In this document: positions 61,501 through 64,000 of the stretch, one piece after another
Numbering within the stretch: the first letter of the stretch is position 1
Layout of the letters: every line of letters starts with the position of its first letter
Assembly (NCBI GenBank): GCA_030390025.1
Contig: CM059438.1
Location: forward strand, 53,260,001-53,324,000
Direction: 5' to 3'
DNA from: Squalus acanthias
Lineage: Eukaryota
Length of the DNA: 64,000 bases
Notes under the pieces: generated by a model
What the model saw: only the letters and a program-made list of their open reading frames with translations
What the model was told of the DNA's origin: nothing
The model's database searches: none
Position numbers and translations under genes: made by a program

Positions 61501-64000
61501 CGGGGCACGGTGTAACACGGGGCACGGTGTAACACGGGGTATGGTGTAACACGGGGCACGGTGTAACACGGGGCACGGTGTAACACGGGGCGGGGTGTAA
61601 CGCGGTGCGGGGTGTAACACGGGGCGGGGTGTAACACGGGGCACGGTGTAACACGGGGCGGGGTGTAACACGGGGCACGGTGTAACACGGGGTACGGTGT
61701 AACACGGGGCACGGTGTAACACGGGGTACGGTGTAACACGGGGCGGGGTGTAACACGGGACACGGTGTAACACGGGGCACGGTGTAACACGGGACACGGT
61801 GTAACACGGGACACGGTGTATCACGGGGCACAGTGTAACACGGGACACGGTGTATCACGCGACACGGTGTAACACGGGACACGGTGTATCACGGGGCACG
61901 GTGTAACACGGGACACGGTGTAACACGGGCAGGGTGTAACAGGGCGGGGTGTAACACGGGGCACGGTGTAACACGGGACACGGTGTAACGCGGGGCACGG
62001 TGTAACACGGGGCGGGGTGTAACACGGGGTGGGGTGTAACACGGGGCGGGGTGTAACGCGGGGCAGGGTGTAACACGGGGCGGGGTGTAACACGGGGCAC
62101 GGTGTAACACGGGGCACGGTGTAACACGGGGCGGGGTGTAACACGGGGCGGGGTGTAACACGGGGTACGGTGTAACACGGGGCAGGGTGTAACACAGGGC
62201 GGGGTGTAACACGGGGCACGGTGTAACACGGGGCACGGTGTAACACGGGGCGGGGTGTAACACGGGGCGGGGTGTAACACGGGGTACGGTGTAACACGGG
62301 GCGGGGTGTAACGCGGGGCGGGGTGTAACGCGGGGCGGGGTGTAACACGGGGCAGGGTGTAACACGGGGTACGGTGTAACACGGGGCAGGGTGTAACGCG
62401 GGGCGGGGTGTAACACGGGGCGGGGTGTAACGCGGGGCACGGTGTAACAAGAGACACGGTGTAACACGGGGCGAGGTGTAACACGGGGAAGGGTTTAACG
62501 CGGGGCGGGGTGTAACGCGGGGCGGGGTGTAACGCGGGGCGGGGTGTAACGCGGGGCACGGTGTAGCGCGGGGCGGGGTGTAACGCGGGGCGGGGTGTAA
62601 TGCGGGGCGGGGTGTAACGCGGGCGGGGTGTAACACGGGGCGGGGTGTAACACGGGGCACGCTGTAACACGGGGCGGGGTGTAACACGGGGCGGGTTGTA
62701 ACACGGGGCACGCTGTAACACGGGGCACGCTGTAACACGGGGCGGGGTGTAACACGGGGCGGGGTGTAACACGGGGCACGCTGTAACATGGGGCACGCTG
62801 TAACACGGGGCGGGGTGTAACACGGGGCGGGGTGTAACACGGGGCACGCTGCAACACGGGGCACGGTGCAACACGGAGCGGGGTGCAACACGGGGCACGG
62901 TGCAACACGGGGCGGGGTGCAACACGGGGCGGGGTGCAACACGGGGCGGGGTGCAACACGGGGCACGGTGTAACACGGGGCACGGTGTAACACGGGGCGG
63001 GGTGTAACACGGGGCGGGGTGTAACACGGGGCGGGGTGTAACACGGGGTACGGTGTAACACGGGGCAGGGTGTAACACAGGGCGGGGTGTAACACGGGGC
63101 ACGGTGTAACACGGGGCGGGGTGTAACGCGGGGCGGGGTGTAACACGGGGCGGGGTGTAACGCGGGGCACGGTGTAACGCGGTGCGGGGTGTAACGCGGG
63201 GCGGGGTGTAACGCGGGGCACGGTGTAACACGGGGCGGGGTGTAACGCGGGGCGGGGTGTAGCGCGGGGCGGGGTGTAGCGCGGGGCGGGGTGTAGCGTG
63301 GGGCGCGGTGTAACGCGGGACGCGGTGTAACACGGGACACGGTGTAACACGGGACACGGTGTAACAAGAGGCACGGTGTAACACGGGTCGAGGTGTAACA
63401 CGGGGCGAGGTGTAACACAGGGAGGGGTGTAACGTGGGGCGGGGTGTAACGCGGGGCGGGGTGTAACGCGGGGCAGGGTGTAACGCGGGGCACGGTGTAG
63501 CGCGGGGCGGGGTGTAACGCGGGGCGGGGTGTAACGCGGGGCGTGGTGTAACGCGGGCGGGGTGTAACACGGGGCGGGGTGTAACACGGGGCACGCTGTA
63601 ACACGGGACGGGGTGTAACACGGGGTGGGGAGTAACACGGGGCACGCTGTAACACGGGGCACGCTGTAACACGGGGCGGGGTGTAACACGGGGCCGGGTG
63701 TAACACGGTGCGGGGTGTAACGCGGGGCACGGTGTAACGCGGGACACGGTGTAACACGGGGCGGGGCACGGTGTAACACGGGGCACGGTGCAACACGGGG
63801 CGGGGCACGGTGGGACACGGGGCGGGGTGCGGGGTGTAACACGGGGCACGGTGTAACACGGGGTGGGGTGTAACACGGGGCGGGGTGTAACACGGGGCAC
63901 GGTGTAACACGGGGTACGGTGTAACACGGGGCACGGTGTAACACGGGGCACGTGTAACACGGTGCGGGGTGTAACACGGGGCGGGGTGTAACACGGGGCA
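55572..64000. repeat. Satellite, 17-bp unit GTGTAACACGGGGC(ACG/GGG), ~495 copies, running off the window end
   Basis: Tandem array with variant blocks and kb-scale duplications. Confidence 0.98.

Noticed and set aside
55474..63994. Cys/Pro-rich ORFs of up to 1153 aa
   Set aside because: Translations of a 17-bp satellite that lacks stops on the minus strand in all three frames.

Overview
Repeat-dominated vertebrate genomic DNA, most likely from a cartilaginous fish (inferred from the CR1/L2 LINE load, an HE1-like tRNA SINE and a Deu-domain-like SINE). No complete host gene is recognisable; there is only one plausible orphan internal exon (10428-10610). The left 43 kb is a nest of transposons. 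It holds a young, full-length Ty3/Gypsy element (2512-6961; 195-bp LTRs differing at 1 base, CAGCC target duplication, 1305-aa gag-pol) inside a LINE, many CR1 and L2 fragments including a near full-length CR1, and at least five PIF/Harbinger relics (DDE transposase plus a convergent spliced Myb/SANT gene) with their MITEs. The right 25 kb is mostly tandem repeat (15-, 25-, ~24- and 17-bp units, two of them with kb-scale higher-order structure), plus a hAT-like element carrying a Penelope GIY-YIG remnant with a hammerhead-like motif. The most interesting signal is that the Gypsy element has no tRNA-type primer-binding site. Instead, the 11 nt just inside the 5' LTR are the exact reverse complement of an 11-nt LTR segment, which suggests Tf1-style self-priming. 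All long low-complexity ORFs in the ORF track are repeat artefacts.
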